A DNA stretch of 32,000 bases from the NCBI RefSeq assembly GCF_003428155.1, contig NZ_QLIR01000003.1, forward strand, positions 116,549 to 148,548, read 5' to 3'. Made by a program: the position numbers and the translations under genes. This document shows, in pieces, positions 10,123 through 20,347 of the stretch (positions are counted from its first letter, which is position 1; each line of letters opens with the position of its first letter). The stretch is from Fastidiosibacter lacustris. GTDB taxonomy: Bacteria > Pseudomonadota > Gammaproteobacteria > Francisellales > Francisellaceae. A model generated the notes under the pieces. The model did no database searches, was not told the origin of the DNA, and saw only the letters and a list, made by a program, of their open reading frames with translations.

Positions 10123-11949
10123 TTACCTTGCTGTTAAAAACCGATCAATCCGTTGATAAAGAATTTCGCATTCTTGCGGCACCAATTTGCCAAAATTAAT
10201 GAACCCATGAATCATGTTATCAAAATGATAATGATGAGTATCTACCCCCCGCTCCATTAATGCTTGTGCAAACAATAATCCTTCGTCTCTTAATGGGTCA
10301 TAACCTGCAGTAAAAACTAAGGTGCGAGGCATTTTTTCGAGATTTTTAATATAAAGTGGTGATATACGTGAGTCATCGGCATTTATACCTTTTGGTCGAT
10401 ATTGCTCATTATACCAATTAACATTGCGTGATTCTAACAAATAACCCTGGCTAAACTCACACATCGACTCCGTATTATGGCTAAGATCAGTTGTAGGATA
10501 AATCAGTATCTGATTAGTCACATTAAAATCTCTTGTTTGTAATGATTTCTCAATGCATAAAACTGTGTAATTACCACCAGAACTATCTCCTGCCAAAGTA
10601 AAATCTTCATTGCTTGCCTTGATATCATGTGCATGGTTATATGCCCATTTAGCAGCAATATAAACATCATCTAGCCCTGAAGGGTAAGGATTTTCAGGAG
10701 CCAAACGATAGTCAATAGCTAAAACCACACGATTGGTTATTTTAGCTAAATACCGACAAGGTGAATCAAAAGAGTTCAATGTACCAGACACAAAGCCACC
10801 ACCATGTGTATAGATAATAATTGGAAGATATTTACTGGGATCAGGATGGTATAAACGTACATTAATTTCACGTTTATCAATTTTAAGTGCAAAATCCCTA
10901 ATCGAGGTAAGTTCAATTTTTTCTCCAGCGTATAACATGAGTGATGATGCGGACCTACGCACACTTTCAATGTTAAGTGGGCTCTCTTTTTTATATTTAT
11001 TCACGAAATCCAATAAGTTTTGTAATTTATCTGGAATCATCTTTAAACCATGATAAAGTGTGACTTCTCTTAGTTCAGATTTTGGTTTAACCTGCACTGA
11101 TACACTATTTGACTTCGCTAAAACGCTAAACCAACTTTGCTGTTTGGGTGTCATCCTATCACCCAAACCACTTATACTGCTTGCAATACCTAAATCATTA
11201 CAATCAGATAGGGCAAATTCAGTTAAGTGCATACCAACCCATTTCACTAGCATTACAGCTTTAGCATGATTATCAAAACGAGTTTGTAAAATACAATCAT
11301 TGTTGATAATGTTATTTGACCAAGGCACGTAGTCAACAATAAAATTACATGGCAAGTAATGGAGTCCTGCCTCTCTTGCTAAAACAAATTCAGGAAAAGC
11401 CGTCATACCAATAACACCACCTCCCATTGCCTGATAGCATTTTGCATCTACCATCGTTGGAAATTGAGGTCCGTCAATACAAATACAAACTTGACCAAAA
11501 TGAATAGGGAAGTCAAAGTTTTTCTTATACTGCTTTATTTTATTTGCCGCCTCTTCGCTAATTGGATGTGTTAGTGATACATAAGCTAAAATTCCATCAT
11601 CACAAAAAGTAGCTTCACGCAACCCTTTAGTACGATCTATATATTGATAAGGAATTACCATTTCTCCAGGTTTGATGATGGTTTGTAAACTTCGTACCGA
11701 CGATAGTGCCAAAATCGCTGTGGCTCCGTATTTTTTAAGCACATAAATATTAGCCCGATAATTAATTTTAGAAGGCAGAATATTTTCAGATTGTCCTGTT
11801 CGACATAAGAAAAGCATTTCTTTATCATTAACCTTGATACGGTAGAGTCCATTTGAACACAAGCCAAAAGGTGTTTCTCTTGGTAAGGGCTCGATTATTT
11901 CAAACTCATCAAATTCTTCAAAACCACTGCTACCAATAATTGCCCACAT
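10123..11949 (-). CDS. Fusion protein: N-terminal MTA/MTI phosphorylase (PNP/MTAP)-like domain + C-terminal HSL-type alpha/beta hydrolase
   Basis: 608 aa. N-domain: IIGSSGF, PRETPFG, NYRAN, ICIDGPQFPT, GVIGMTAFPEFVLARE. C-domain: YTHGGGFVSG (oxyanion HGGG, aa 382-385), AGDSSGGN (Ser456), AGYDPLRDEG (Asp551), MIHGF (His581). Confidence 0.9.
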   Translation of the reverse strand: MWAIIGSSGFEEFDEFEIIEPLPRETPFGLCSNGLYRIKVNDKEMLFLCRTGQSENILPSKINYRANIYVLKKYGATAILALSSVRSLQTIIKPGEMVIPYQYIDRTKGLREATFCDDGILAYVSLTHPISEEAANKIKQYKKNFDFPIHFGQVCICIDGPQFPTMVDAKCYQAMGGGVIGMTAFPEFVLAREAGLHYLPCNFIVDYVPWSNNIINNDCILQTRFDNHAKAVMLVKWVGMHLTEFALSDCNDLGIASSISGLGDRMTPKQQSWFSVLAKSNSVSVQVKPKSELREVTLYHGLKMIPDKLQNLLDFVNKYKKESPLNIESVRRSASSLMLYAGEKIELTSIRDFALKIDKREINVRLYHPDPSKYLPIIIYTHGGGFVSGTLNSFDSPCRYLAKITNRVVLAIDYRLAPENPYPSGLDDVYIAAKWAYNHAHDIKASNEDFTLAGDSSGGNYTVLCIEKSLQTRDFNVTNQILIYPTTDLSHNTESMCEFSQGYLLESRNVNWYNEQYRPKGINADDSRISPLYIKNLEKMPRTLVFTAGYDPLRDEGLLFAQALMERGVDTHHYHFDNMIHGFINFGKLVPQECEILYQRIDRFLTAR

Positions 11950-11994
11950 AACTTTATTTGATCCTTATTTTCAACATATCAGTTTACATTTAGG

Positions 11995-12663
11995 TTATAA
12001 ACTTGCTTGCCAAGACTGTCGTAATAACATTTTTTCATTTAAATACAATTCAACCTTAAACGTATCACCTAATTTGATTTCTCCAACGCCTTCTGGTGTA
12101 CCTGTCATCAATATATCACCAGATAACATGCTGAAATATTGTTCTATATGATAAATTAGCATTTGCGGTTTATAAATCATATGTGCATAATCACCTTTTT
12201 GCTTAAGTTGATTATTAATATATAACGCAAATGATAAATGCTTAATAAGACTTTCATCTTCAAGTAGAATAAACTTGCTAAACACTGCAGATGAATCAAA
12301 GGCCTTAGCCTTTTCCCAGGGCAATCCTTTTTGCTTTAAAGTTGTTTGTAATGCTCTATCTGTTAAATCCAAACCAATAGCAACAGCTTTTAGATGGTGA
12401 TCAATAACCATAAAACTTAATTCAGCTTCATAATGTAATATTCTATTAGCTGGAATGACTAAACAATCGGATAGTGAAGAATTTGGTTTAATAAAAAGTA
12501 CTGGTTCATCAGGTACTTGATTGTTTAATTCATGAATGTGCTTAAGGTAATTACGACCAACACAAACGATTTTTGAAGGTGTTATTGTAGTTTGATTAAA
12601 TGCAACACTACGCATATAAATAAAATAAAGAGTTAAACTGAAAAAGATGAACCACAACCACAA
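11995..12663 (-). CDS. Fumarylacetoacetate hydrolase (FAH)-family protein; likely true start at 12615 (MRSVAFNQ...)
   Basis: [33 protein letters not shown] and [16 protein letters not shown] motifs of FAH-family acylpyruvase/isomerase. The 16 residues before MRSVAFNQ are a hydrophobic extension overlapping erpA. Confidence 0.88.
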   Translation of the reverse strand: MWLWFIFFSLTLYFIYMRSVAFNQTTITPSKIVCVGRNYLKHIHELNNQVPDEPVLFIKPNSSLSDCLVIPANRILHYEAELSFMVIDHHLKAVAIGLDLTDRALQTTLKQKGLPWEKAKAFDSSAVFSKFILLEDESLIKHLSFALYINNQLKQKGDYAHMIYKPQMLIYHIEQYFSMLSGDILMTGTPEGVGEIKLGDTFKVELYLNEKMLLRQSWQASL

Positions 12664-12998
12664 GTTGTTTTAGCATTGGGGTTGCGAATAATGAAATGTG
12701 CCCCTTCTACATCTTCTTTATAGTCAATGTCAGCACCAATTAGGTATTGAAAACTCATTGCATCCACTAATAGACAAACACCCTGATTTTCAAACATCAT
12801 ATCGTCTTCTTTTCGCTCCTCATCAAAAGTAAATCCATATTGAAAACCAGAACAGCCACCGCCTGTTATATAGACGCGTAACTTCAAATTAACGTTTTCT
12901 TCTTCGTTGATAAGCTCTTTCACTTTTAATGCTGCAGCATTAGTAAAATTAAGTGGTTGAGCAAGTTGCACAGCCATCTTCATATCCTTAAATATCAT
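12633..12998 (-). CDS. erpA: Iron-sulfur cluster insertion protein ErpA (A-type carrier); likely start at 12977 or 12983
   Basis: [24 protein letters not shown]...DPxx-type region and C-terminal [16 protein letters not shown] with the three A-type cysteines. Confidence 0.92.
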   Translation of the reverse strand: MIFKDMKMAVQLAQPLNFTNAAALKVKELINEEENVNLKLRVYITGGGCSGFQYGFTFDEERKEDDMMFENQGVCLLVDAMSFQYLIGADIDYKEDVEGAHFIIRNPNAKTTCGCGSSFSV

Positions 12999-13009
12999 TA
13001 ACTATATTT

Positions 13010-15085
13010 TTATTGTATTGGTACAAGCTTAATTTTTCCCATGCGATCAATGTTTTGCACCATTACTTTAAGGGTTTTACCCTCAGTCATAGTATTTGGG
13101 TTAACACCTATATTTTCAAGCTCAGAAAATGGCAACAACCCATCTTTACCAGGCAGAATGTTCACAAATACTCCAAAATCTAATGCTTTTACCACTTTCC
13201 CACTATAAGTTTGCCCAATTTCAGCACTTGCCGTTAATGCTTCAATTTCAGCAATTGCAGCATTTAATGCATCCTTACTTCTTGCAAAAATTTTTACTTC
13301 ACCATTATCTGAAGTATCAATTGAAGCTCCTGTTTTCTCAGTAATACCTTTTATGGTTACACCACCCTTACCAATTACATCACGAATTTTAGCCGGATCA
13401 ATCGTAATGATTTCAACCTGTGGCGCATTATCAGCAGTTTGCATTTTATATTCAGAAATGACTTCATTCATAATACCTAAAATATGTAAACGCCCTTCTT
13501 TTGCTTGCTCTAAAGCTGCATGCATGATTTCGCGCGTAATCCCTTTTATTTTGATATCCATCTGTAACGCAGTTATGCCATAACGTGTACCTGCTACTTT
13601 AAAGTCCATGTCACCCAAATGATCTTCATCACCTAAAATATCAGATAAAACAGCGTATTTACTACCATCTTTTATCAGTCCCATTGCAATGCCTGCAACA
13701 GGGGCTGCAAGTGGAACGCCCGCATCCATCATCGACAAAGATGCACCACAAACGGTTGCCATTGAACTTGAGCCATTAGATTCCATGATTTCGGATACTA
13801 CGCGCACGACGTAAGGGTAAATCTCTTCATTTGGAAAAACCGCTTGTGTAGCACGTTTTGCTAGATTTGCATGACCAATTTCACGGCGTTTAGGCGATCC
13901 AATCATGCCCGTTTCACCAACAGAAAACGGTGGAAAATTATAGTGGAGCATATAACGATTTTTCTTGTCACCACTTAGCGTTTCGATAAACTGGGCATCT
14001 CGGTCGTTACCTAACGTTGTGACAACTAATGCTTGTGTTTCACCACGTGTAAACAAAGCAGAACCATGTGCTTTAGGCAATACACCTGTCTTAACATTGA
14101 TTGGGCGCACAGTACGTGTATCGCGACCATCAATACGTGGGAAACCATCTAAAATATTTTTACGCACCAATTCTTTTTCGATATCGTGAAAGATGTTTTT
14201 AATTTCGTCAACTGATACTTCATCTAATTCGGTTTCATCAACAATAATCGACTCAATAACAGTCTTTCTTAAATTATTTAATAATTGCGTACGCTTTTGT
14301 TTTTCTGTTGCTTGATATGCACTTTTAATTTCGCTAAAGAAACGTGTCTTAATTTGCTCTTTTAGTGCTTTATTTTCAATTTTAGGTGTAAATTCCCAGC
14401 GTGGTTTTGCTGCATATTTTGCCAAATGATTAATCGCTTCAATAATTACTTGCATTTGTTGATGACCATATAATACGGCACCTAACATCACATCTTCTGG
14501 TAAGCTTTTAGCTTCTGATTCAACCATTAAAACGGCATCTTTTGTACCAGCAACTACCAGATCAAGCTCAGAAATCCCTTGCTTTGCAAATGAAGGATTT
14601 AAAATATATTGACCATCGATAAAACCAACACGCACACCTGCAACTGGTCCTTCAAACGGAACTCCAGACAATAGCAACGAAGCCGAAGCACCGATCAGCG
14701 CTGGAATATCAGGTGGTACCTCAGGATCAAATGATAAAACGGTTGCAACAACTTGAACTTCATTATAAAAGCCTTCCGGAAATAGTGGTCTCAATGAACG
14801 ATCAATCAAACGAGAAATGAGTGTTTCATAATCGGTTGGACGCCCTTCTCGACGTGGAAAACCACCTGGAATTTTGCCCGCTGCATAAGATTTTTCTTGG
14901 TAGTTAACTGTCAATGGGAAAAAGTCGATACCTTCCTTAACCTCTTTGTTAGCAGCTGTGGTTACCAATACAACAGTATCGCCAATTGTAACAGTCACAG
15001 AACCTACTGCTTGACGTGCCATCGCACCTGTTTCCAAAATAACCTGATGTTGTCCTAACTGAAAGACTTCTTTAAATATTTTCAC
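13010..15085 (-). CDS. pnp: Polyribonucleotide nucleotidyltransferase
   Basis: 691 aa. [44 protein letters not shown]-like motif, KH domain ([22 protein letters not shown]) and a C-terminal S1 domain. Confidence 0.98.
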   Translation of the reverse strand: MKIFKEVFQLGQHQVILETGAMARQAVGSVTVTIGDTVVLVTTAANKEVKEGIDFFPLTVNYQEKSYAAGKIPGGFPRREGRPTDYETLISRLIDRSLRPLFPEGFYNEVQVVATVLSFDPEVPPDIPALIGASASLLLSGVPFEGPVAGVRVGFIDGQYILNPSFAKQGISELDLVVAGTKDAVLMVESEAKSLPEDVMLGAVLYGHQQMQVIIEAINHLAKYAAKPRWEFTPKIENKALKEQIKTRFFSEIKSAYQATEKQKRTQLLNNLRKTVIESIIVDETELDEVSVDEIKNIFHDIEKELVRKNILDGFPRIDGRDTRTVRPINVKTGVLPKAHGSALFTRGETQALVVTTLGNDRDAQFIETLSGDKKNRYMLHYNFPPFSVGETGMIGSPKRREIGHANLAKRATQAVFPNEEIYPYVVRVVSEIMESNGSSSMATVCGASLSMMDAGVPLAAPVAGIAMGLIKDGSKYAVLSDILGDEDHLGDMDFKVAGTRYGITALQMDIKIKGITREIMHAALEQAKEGRLHILGIMNEVISEYKMQTADNAPQVEIITIDPAKIRDVIGKGGVTIKGITEKTGASIDTSDNGEVKIFARSKDALNAAIAEIEALTASAEIGQTYSGKVVKALDFGVFVNILPGKDGLLPFSELENIGVNPNTMTEGKTLKVMVQNIDRMGKIKLVPIQ

Positions 15086-15149
15086 TTGTATACCTTAAAT
15101 TATCATTGTTTTGCAATGTGTCGTGCCAATGAATATCAACTATTATTTC

Positions 15150-15416
15150 TTATCTACGTAGACCTAAACGATCGATCAATACGCGATAGCGCTCAATATC
15201 TTTGCTCTTTAAGTAATCTAAAAGCTTACGGCGTTGGCTAACAAGGCGTAATAATCCACGTCTTGAGTGGAAATCTTGCTTATGCTGCTCGAAATGACCT
15301 TGCAAATCTTCAATACGTGCAGTTAATAATGCAATTTGTACTTCTGGTGAGCCTGTGTCGCCCTCTGAACGTTGATGTTCAACGACGATTACCTTTTTTT
15401 GCTCGGTGCTTAACAT
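15150..15416 (-). CDS. rpsO: 30S ribosomal protein S15
   Basis: 88 aa. [17 protein letters not shown]...[26 protein letters not shown]; adjacent to pnp as usual. Confidence 0.98.
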   Translation of the reverse strand: MLSTEQKKVIVVEHQRSEGDTGSPEVQIALLTARIEDLQGHFEQHKQDFHSRRGLLRLVSQRRKLLDYLKSKDIERYRVLIDRLGLRR

Positions 15417-15566
15417 AAAGTTTTTCTCCTAAGATTTTGTATTGTGTTAAACTTCCCATTTTTAGTTTTCCTTGTTAGTTTAGAAACATAAAAAACCGTG
15501 ACAGTTTAGCAACGCAGTATAATACATGCTTTTTTTAGAAACAACAAGCAAAGCCAAGGCTTATTT

Positions 15567-16214
15567 TTACGTAACTCCGTAGTTTTTTTGATAAGATTTC
15601 ATGCGTATTAATAAGGTTTCTTCAATCTGACCTTTAACTTGTATATATTCAATTAAGTCACGCAATGTAGCTACAGCGTAAATAGGAAACCGATATGTCT
15701 CTGTAAGTGATTGAATAGCAGAAACGTTTTGACCAGGCGCAATTTCTTGACGATCAAGCGCTACACAGACACCGACAATATGACCATTTTGTGCGTAAAT
15801 TACGTTAATAGCTTCTTTGATTGCAGTACCTGCGGTAATTACATCATCAATGATCAGTACACGCTTACCAGTAATGTTAGCACCAACTAATATCCCACCC
15901 TCGCCATGGTCTTTTACTTCTTTACGATTATAGCAAAATCCAACTTCAATATTATATTTTGAAAATAAAATTGAAGCCACAAGTGCTGCTAGGGCAATAC
16001 CTTTATAGGCAGGTCCGAACACTACATCAAATGCAACCTTCTCCTGCATGATTTTCTGTACATAACACTCCGCAAGTTGATACAGCGTCTTACCACTATT
16101 AAAAAGCCCTGCATTAAAAAAATAGGGGCTTATTCTGCCAGATTTTAATCTAAACTCACCAAATTTAAGCGCACTAGCGCTAATCGCTGCATCAAAGAAA
16201 ATGTGATTCATCAT
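15567..16214 (-). CDS. pyrE: Orotate phosphoribosyltransferase
   Basis: 215 aa. FGEFRLKSGRISPYFFNAGLF, VFGPAYKGIALAA and PRPP-binding VLIIDDVITAGTAI. Confidence 0.97.
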   Translation of the reverse strand: MMNHIFFDAAISASALKFGEFRLKSGRISPYFFNAGLFNSGKTLYQLAECYVQKIMQEKVAFDVVFGPAYKGIALAALVASILFSKYNIEVGFCYNRKEVKDHGEGGILVGANITGKRVLIIDDVITAGTAIKEAINVIYAQNGHIVGVCVALDRQEIAPGQNVSAIQSLTETYRFPIYAVATLRDLIEYIQVKGQIEETLLIRMKSYQKNYGVT

Positions 16215-16269
16215 CGTTTAGTTACCATACTTTTTTTCATAACGCCACTATAGCAAAATCTGACCGACT

Positions 16270-17076
16270 TTAAATATAATTTTTAGCATCAGAACCTTTC
16301 TTAGAATAAAATAAAAAAGCATCTTCCTTGCTAAGATATTTGACCTTAATTTGGAATGCTCTTTCGAAATTATCATCAAGTATTACTTCTTTGGGTGATG
16401 ATTTTTTTAAAAGTTTACCTTCATGAATCAATAGCATTTCATCACAAAATTTTGCTGCTGAATTAATATCGTGCATCACTGCAATAACGCCAATGTTACG
16501 CGTTGCTAAAATATGATTTAGTGTTTCGAAAACTTGCGCTTGTTGGTATAAATCTAAACCAGTTGCATGCTCATCTAACAACAGCCAACGTTCAGCGCTA
16601 TTATTGTTATCTGCCATAATTTGAATAAGCACGCGCGCAAGATGGACACGCTGTTTTTGCCCACCTGAAAGAGTATGAAAACTTTGATTTTTTTGTTTAG
16701 ATAAACTTAACAGTTTAAAAATATAATCTAAAACCTCAAGCTTACTATCATGTGGAATTGCACAGGAATAGGTACCCATTAAAACAACATCCATAACAGA
16801 GTATTGAAATAATACTTTTGTATATTGAGATAAACATGCGATCAATTTTGAACGATCTTTTATACTTAACATCAAAATGTCTTTTTCATTTATATAGACT
16901 TTGCCCGATAAAAGTTTTTGAGAAAAGACTCCTGTTATTGCATTTAATAAACTAGATTTACCTGCACCATTGATGCCAATAATGGCATATTTTTTACGAG
17001 GGATAAATTCAGCAGTAATGTTTTTTAGTCTTAACTGCAAGACTAGATCTTCTACTTTAAGCACAACAAAAACCAT
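16270..17076 (-). CDS. ABC transporter ATP-binding protein, HmuV/FecE-like (iron/haem/B12 import class)
   Basis: 268 aa. Walker A GINGAGKSS, signature LSGGQKQRVHLARVL, Walker B WLLLDEHATGLD, H-loop VMHD. No permease or binding-protein gene adjacent. Confidence 0.85.
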   Translation of the reverse strand: MVFVVLKVEDLVLQLRLKNITAEFIPRKKYAIIGINGAGKSSLLNAITGVFSQKLLSGKVYINEKDILMLSIKDRSKLIACLSQYTKVLFQYSVMDVVLMGTYSCAIPHDSKLEVLDYIFKLLSLSKQKNQSFHTLSGGQKQRVHLARVLIQIMADNNNSAERWLLLDEHATGLDLYQQAQVFETLNHILATRNIGVIAVMHDINSAAKFCDEMLLIHEGKLLKKSSPKEVILDDNFERAFQIKVKYLSKEDAFLFYSKKGSDAKNYI

Positions 17077-17160
17077 AACAAAATCATAAAAAAACTATAC
17101 CTAAAACAAAGAGGTTAAAGCAATAGTTAAATTCCCTAATTCATATAATAATATATTTGT

Positions 17161-17204
17161 ATATTCAAATATACGTATATTTGAATATGTGTATATTTGG
17201 ATAT
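17161..17204. promoter_or_regulatory. Candidate operator: perfect 28-bp palindrome (17161-17188) plus a third near-identical half-site (17191-17204)
   Basis: ATATTCAAATATAC|GTATATTTGAATAT then GT, then GTATATTTGGATAT (13/14 match). Lies in the divergent intergenic region between the ABC ATPase and the ArsR-type gene. Confidence 0.7.
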
Positions 17205-17309
17205 GCGTTAATACAAATAAGTATTTAAACACTTATTTGTATATTAGTTGACTCCACCCTATTCTATCGGTAAAAATAGATATCAACTTAACGATGGAGA
17301 AATCTAATC

Positions 17310-17651
17310 ATGTCTATATTGAAGAGCCTAGGATCAACTTATCAAACAGAATTATCTTTAAAAGCGTTCAAAGCACTGGCTAACCCAGATCGACTTAATA
17401 TCGTTTTATGGTTATTAGAACCTAAAAAAAACTTTTTTTCTGAGAAACTTAATATTGAAAAAGAAGGTGTCACTATCGGAATGATCATGCAGAAACTCGA
17501 CCTATCGCAGTCCGTTACCTCACAATATATTCAACAATTAGAAGAAGCAGGAATTATTACTTGCGAACGAAAAGCACAATTTAGAATGTGTAAAATCAAT
17601 AAAACTTATACTCGACAATTATTTGAGTCAATTGCTGAACTGTTTAATTAA
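17310..17651 (+). CDS. ArsR-family winged-helix transcriptional regulator
   Basis: 113 aa. LSLKAFKALANPDRLNIVLWLL...IGMIMQKLDLSQSVTSQYIQQLEEAGIITCERKAQFRMCKIN has the ArsR helix-turn-helix/wing layout. Confidence 0.88.
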   Translation: MSILKSLGSTYQTELSLKAFKALANPDRLNIVLWLLEPKKNFFSEKLNIEKEGVTIGMIMQKLDLSQSVTSQYIQQLEEAGIITCERKAQFRMCKINKTYTRQLFESIAELFN

Positions 17652-17659
17652 TCACCTTT

Positions 17660-19144
17660 TTATTCACTACCACCAACGGTAATTTCATCAATTTTTAAGC
17701 TTGCTTGCCCTACTCCGACAGGTATTGACTGTCCTTCTTTGCCACAAACTCCCACTCCGCTATCTAAAGTAAAATCTTTTCCGATCATTGAGATTTTCTG
17801 CATAATTTGTGGTCCATGACCAATTAAAGAGGCTCCTTTAATCGGGTAACAAATTTTACCATTCTTTATTGAATATGCTTGATCCATTACAAAAACAAAC
17901 TGACCCGATGTAATGTCTACCTGACCACCGTTAAAGTGAGTTGCATAAATACCATGATCAATACTTGCTATCATGTCTTCAAACTTATCCTCACCTGGCA
18001 ACATATAAGTATTAGTCATCCTTGGTAAAGGCAAATGCGCATAGGATTGGCGACGTCCATTTCCAGTAAGTGAGACGTTAAATGCTTTGGCTGAAATACG
18101 ATCATGAATGTAGCTTTTTAGAATACCATTCTCAATTAGAATGGTTTTTTGAGTTGGTGTCCCTTCGTCATCAACGTTCAATGATCCTCGTCGATTTTCA
18201 ATACAACCTTCATCAATGACAGTGCATTTTTCAGATGCTACTTTATGCCCTATTTTGCCACAAAAATGTGAACTTCCTTTACGATTAAAGTCTCCTTCCA
18301 AGCCATGTCCCACTGCTTCATGCAATAGTACTGCTGGCCAACCTGCACCCAAAACCACGGGCATTTTACCACTAGGGGCGGGTTTTGCATTTAGATTGGT
18401 TTTGGCACCTTCATATGCTTCATGAACATAAGACTTCCATAATTCGTTTTCTAAAAAAAAATGATAATCATAGCGTCCACCACCCCCTGCAGAATAGCTT
18501 TCTCTTTTGCCATCATTGTGCAGGATTAAGTTAATGTTCATACGCACCAAGGGGCGCACATCCATCACGCAAAGTCCATCGGTATTTAAAATTAAAATCA
18601 TTTCTATATTTGATGCCAAGGATATACTGACTTGTTCGATTTTATTATCAAGTGCCTTTGTATAACGATTAACTTCATGTAAAAATGCAATTTTACCTTC
18701 AGTAGATATACTATTTAGTGGTGATATAGAACGATAAAGTCGCTTTATTTTTGGTGTAAATAGTTTTTGTGTTTTGGTTAAAGGGTTTGCATTTTTTAAT
18801 AAGTAAAGTGATGTCTTAATAAGTTTTTCAATAGTAGAAAGTGCTAAATCATCGGCATAAGCAAAACCAGTTTCCCCTTGATAGACTGCTCTTACTCCAA
18901 TTCCCTGCTCAATACCAAAACTACCATGTTTTACCACTTCATCTTCTAACATCCAACTTTCTGCAATAATTTTCTGTAAATATAGGTCACCAAAGTCAAG
19001 TGTTTTTTGATTAAAAATCTCTAGCTGTGCTTTTAGAGATTCTAAATTCAAAGCAAAAGGTTGCAATAAATGTTCATTTATAATTGAATAATAATCTTGC
19101 TGCATATACTTCTCATATTTATTGGAAAATAGTAGGATCACCAC
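17660..19144 (-). CDS. tldD: Metalloprotease TldD; likely start at 19105 (MQQDYYS...)
   Basis: 494 aa. HEAVGHGLEGDFNRKGSSHF (HExxxH), GTPTQKTILIENGILKSYIHDRISA, RMTNTYMLPGE. Confidence 0.95.
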   Translation of the reverse strand: MVILLFSNKYEKYMQQDYYSIINEHLLQPFALNLESLKAQLEIFNQKTLDFGDLYLQKIIAESWMLEDEVVKHGSFGIEQGIGVRAVYQGETGFAYADDLALSTIEKLIKTSLYLLKNANPLTKTQKLFTPKIKRLYRSISPLNSISTEGKIAFLHEVNRYTKALDNKIEQVSISLASNIEMILILNTDGLCVMDVRPLVRMNINLILHNDGKRESYSAGGGGRYDYHFFLENELWKSYVHEAYEGAKTNLNAKPAPSGKMPVVLGAGWPAVLLHEAVGHGLEGDFNRKGSSHFCGKIGHKVASEKCTVIDEGCIENRRGSLNVDDEGTPTQKTILIENGILKSYIHDRISAKAFNVSLTGNGRRQSYAHLPLPRMTNTYMLPGEDKFEDMIASIDHGIYATHFNGGQVDITSGQFVFVMDQAYSIKNGKICYPIKGASLIGHGPQIMQKISMIGKDFTLDSGVGVCGKEGQSIPVGVGQASLKIDEITVGGSE

Positions 19145-19742
19145 TGCCAGTTCGTAAGATTTTGGCTGGCATTTCAGTCATATCAACAACCGTTGTTGGT
19201 TCATATCCACAATAATCTGTTTCTAAAATATAATCGATTAGTTGCGCACTTGGCTCGTTAGCAAACTCTTCTGCATATATCAATACTTTATCTTGATTTG
19301 GCAATATAAACGTTGTACTTAATAGGGGTTCACCTAATGCCTCAGTAATTATAAGTGGAACAGAGTGATCTGGTATTCGAATGCCAATTGTTTTTTTACT
19401 TTTATTTAACATAAGTGCAGGCACTTTGCTGGTAGCTGGTAAAATAAAAGTATAACTACCTGGAGTAGCGCGCTTTAGTAATCTATAAACACTATTGTCT
19501 ACCTTTGCATAGTTAGAGATTTCTGATAAATCACGACAAATCAGAGTGAAGTTGTGTTTATCATCTAAGTTACGAATTTTTTTAATTTGCTGTAATGGTT
19601 TTTTTAACCCCATTTTGCAGCCTAAAGCATAGCCTGAGTCAGTTGGATAAGCAATAACTTTGCCTGATTGTAGGGCTTCCACGATCTCATTTAACAGCGC
19701 TTTATTTGATGAATAGGGATTTATTTCAATATATTGGCTCAT
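19119..19742 (-). CDS. yciO: YciO/Sua5/YrdC-family (L-threonylcarbamoyladenylate synthase-like) protein
   Basis: 207 aa. GKVIAYPTDSGYALGCKMGLKKPLQQIKKIRNLDDKHNFTLICRDLSEISNYAKVDN, typical of YciO-type YrdC-domain proteins. Confidence 0.87.
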   Translation of the reverse strand: MSQYIEINPYSSNKALLNEIVEALQSGKVIAYPTDSGYALGCKMGLKKPLQQIKKIRNLDDKHNFTLICRDLSEISNYAKVDNSVYRLLKRATPGSYTFILPATSKVPALMLNKSKKTIGIRIPDHSVPLIITEALGEPLLSTTFILPNQDKVLIYAEEFANEPSAQLIDYILETDYCGYEPTTVVDMTEMPAKILRTGSGDPTIFQ

Positions 19743-19813
19743 GGCACAATCTTCATTTATACTGTAGCGCTAAAATTAAGTTCAGTGTACCATTAACCCA
19801 CTCTGGAGAGAAT

Positions 19814-20347
19814 ATGAAAAAACTGCTTTTTGATTTTTTCCCAATTATCATATTTTTTGTCATGTATAAAATTTATGATATCTATACAGCAACCATAGCA
19901 CTTATTATTGCTACAGCCATTCAATTGAGCTATGAAACTATTCGCTATAAAAAAGTTTCTATGATGCACGTTGTAACATTTATATTGGTATTAACCCTAG
20001 GTAGTGCTACTGTTTATTTTCATGATGAAACTTTAATCAAATGGAAAGTGACAATTGTAAATTGGCTATTTGGTATGATTTTTATTTTTTCAACCTACCT
20101 TATGCAAAAACCAATTATTCAACGATTAATGGAAGAAAATATTGAACTACCAGAAAAAATCTGGAAAAGACTCAATAACATTTGGGGAATATTTTTCTTA
20201 TTTTTAGGTACTGTTAATTTATTTGTTGCTTACACTTTCTCGACTGATATTTGGGTTGATTTTAAACTTTTTGGCATGCTTGGCATTACGCTTATATTTG
20301 TTATCGGCCAAGGAATTTTTCTGGCTAAGCATGTTGATCATAAATAA
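19814..20347 (+). CDS. yciB: Inner-membrane-spanning protein YciB (intracellular septation protein A family)
   Basis: ATG at 19814 preceded by GGAG gives MKKLLFDFFPIIIFFVMYKIYDIYTATIALIIATAIQL...KPIIQRLM...; hallmark N-terminus of YciB/IspZ. The ORF track start at 19706 is probably too early. Confidence 0.92.
   Translation: MKKLLFDFFPIIIFFVMYKIYDIYTATIALIIATAIQLSYETIRYKKVSMMHVVTFILVLTLGSATVYFHDETLIKWKVTIVNWLFGMIFIFSTYLMQKPIIQRLMEENIELPEKIWKRLNNIWGIFFLFLGTVNLFVAYTFSTDIWVDFKLFGMLGITLIFVIGQGIFLAKHVDHK

Noticed and set aside
12616-12663. Hydrophobic N-terminal extension [16 protein letters not shown] of the FAH-family ORF as a membrane anchor or signal
   Set aside because: It overlaps the erpA 3' end and the next Met gives the conserved-length start (MRSVAFNQ...); most likely an artefact of taking the longest ORF.
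13129-14189. Plus-strand ORFs 13129..13344, 13353..13583 and 13965..14189
   Set aside because: All antisense to pnp, which is unambiguous.
17151-17250. Considered the repeated ATATTTG/CAAATAT tract as a CRISPR-like or simple tandem repeat
   Set aside because: Only two or three copies with palindromic symmetry and no spacers; better explained as an operator.
19706-19813. Extended N-terminus of the YciB ORF
   Set aside because: The ATG at 19814 has a GGAG Shine-Dalgarno and gives the canonical MKKLLFDFFPII start; the upstream part overlaps divergent yciO.
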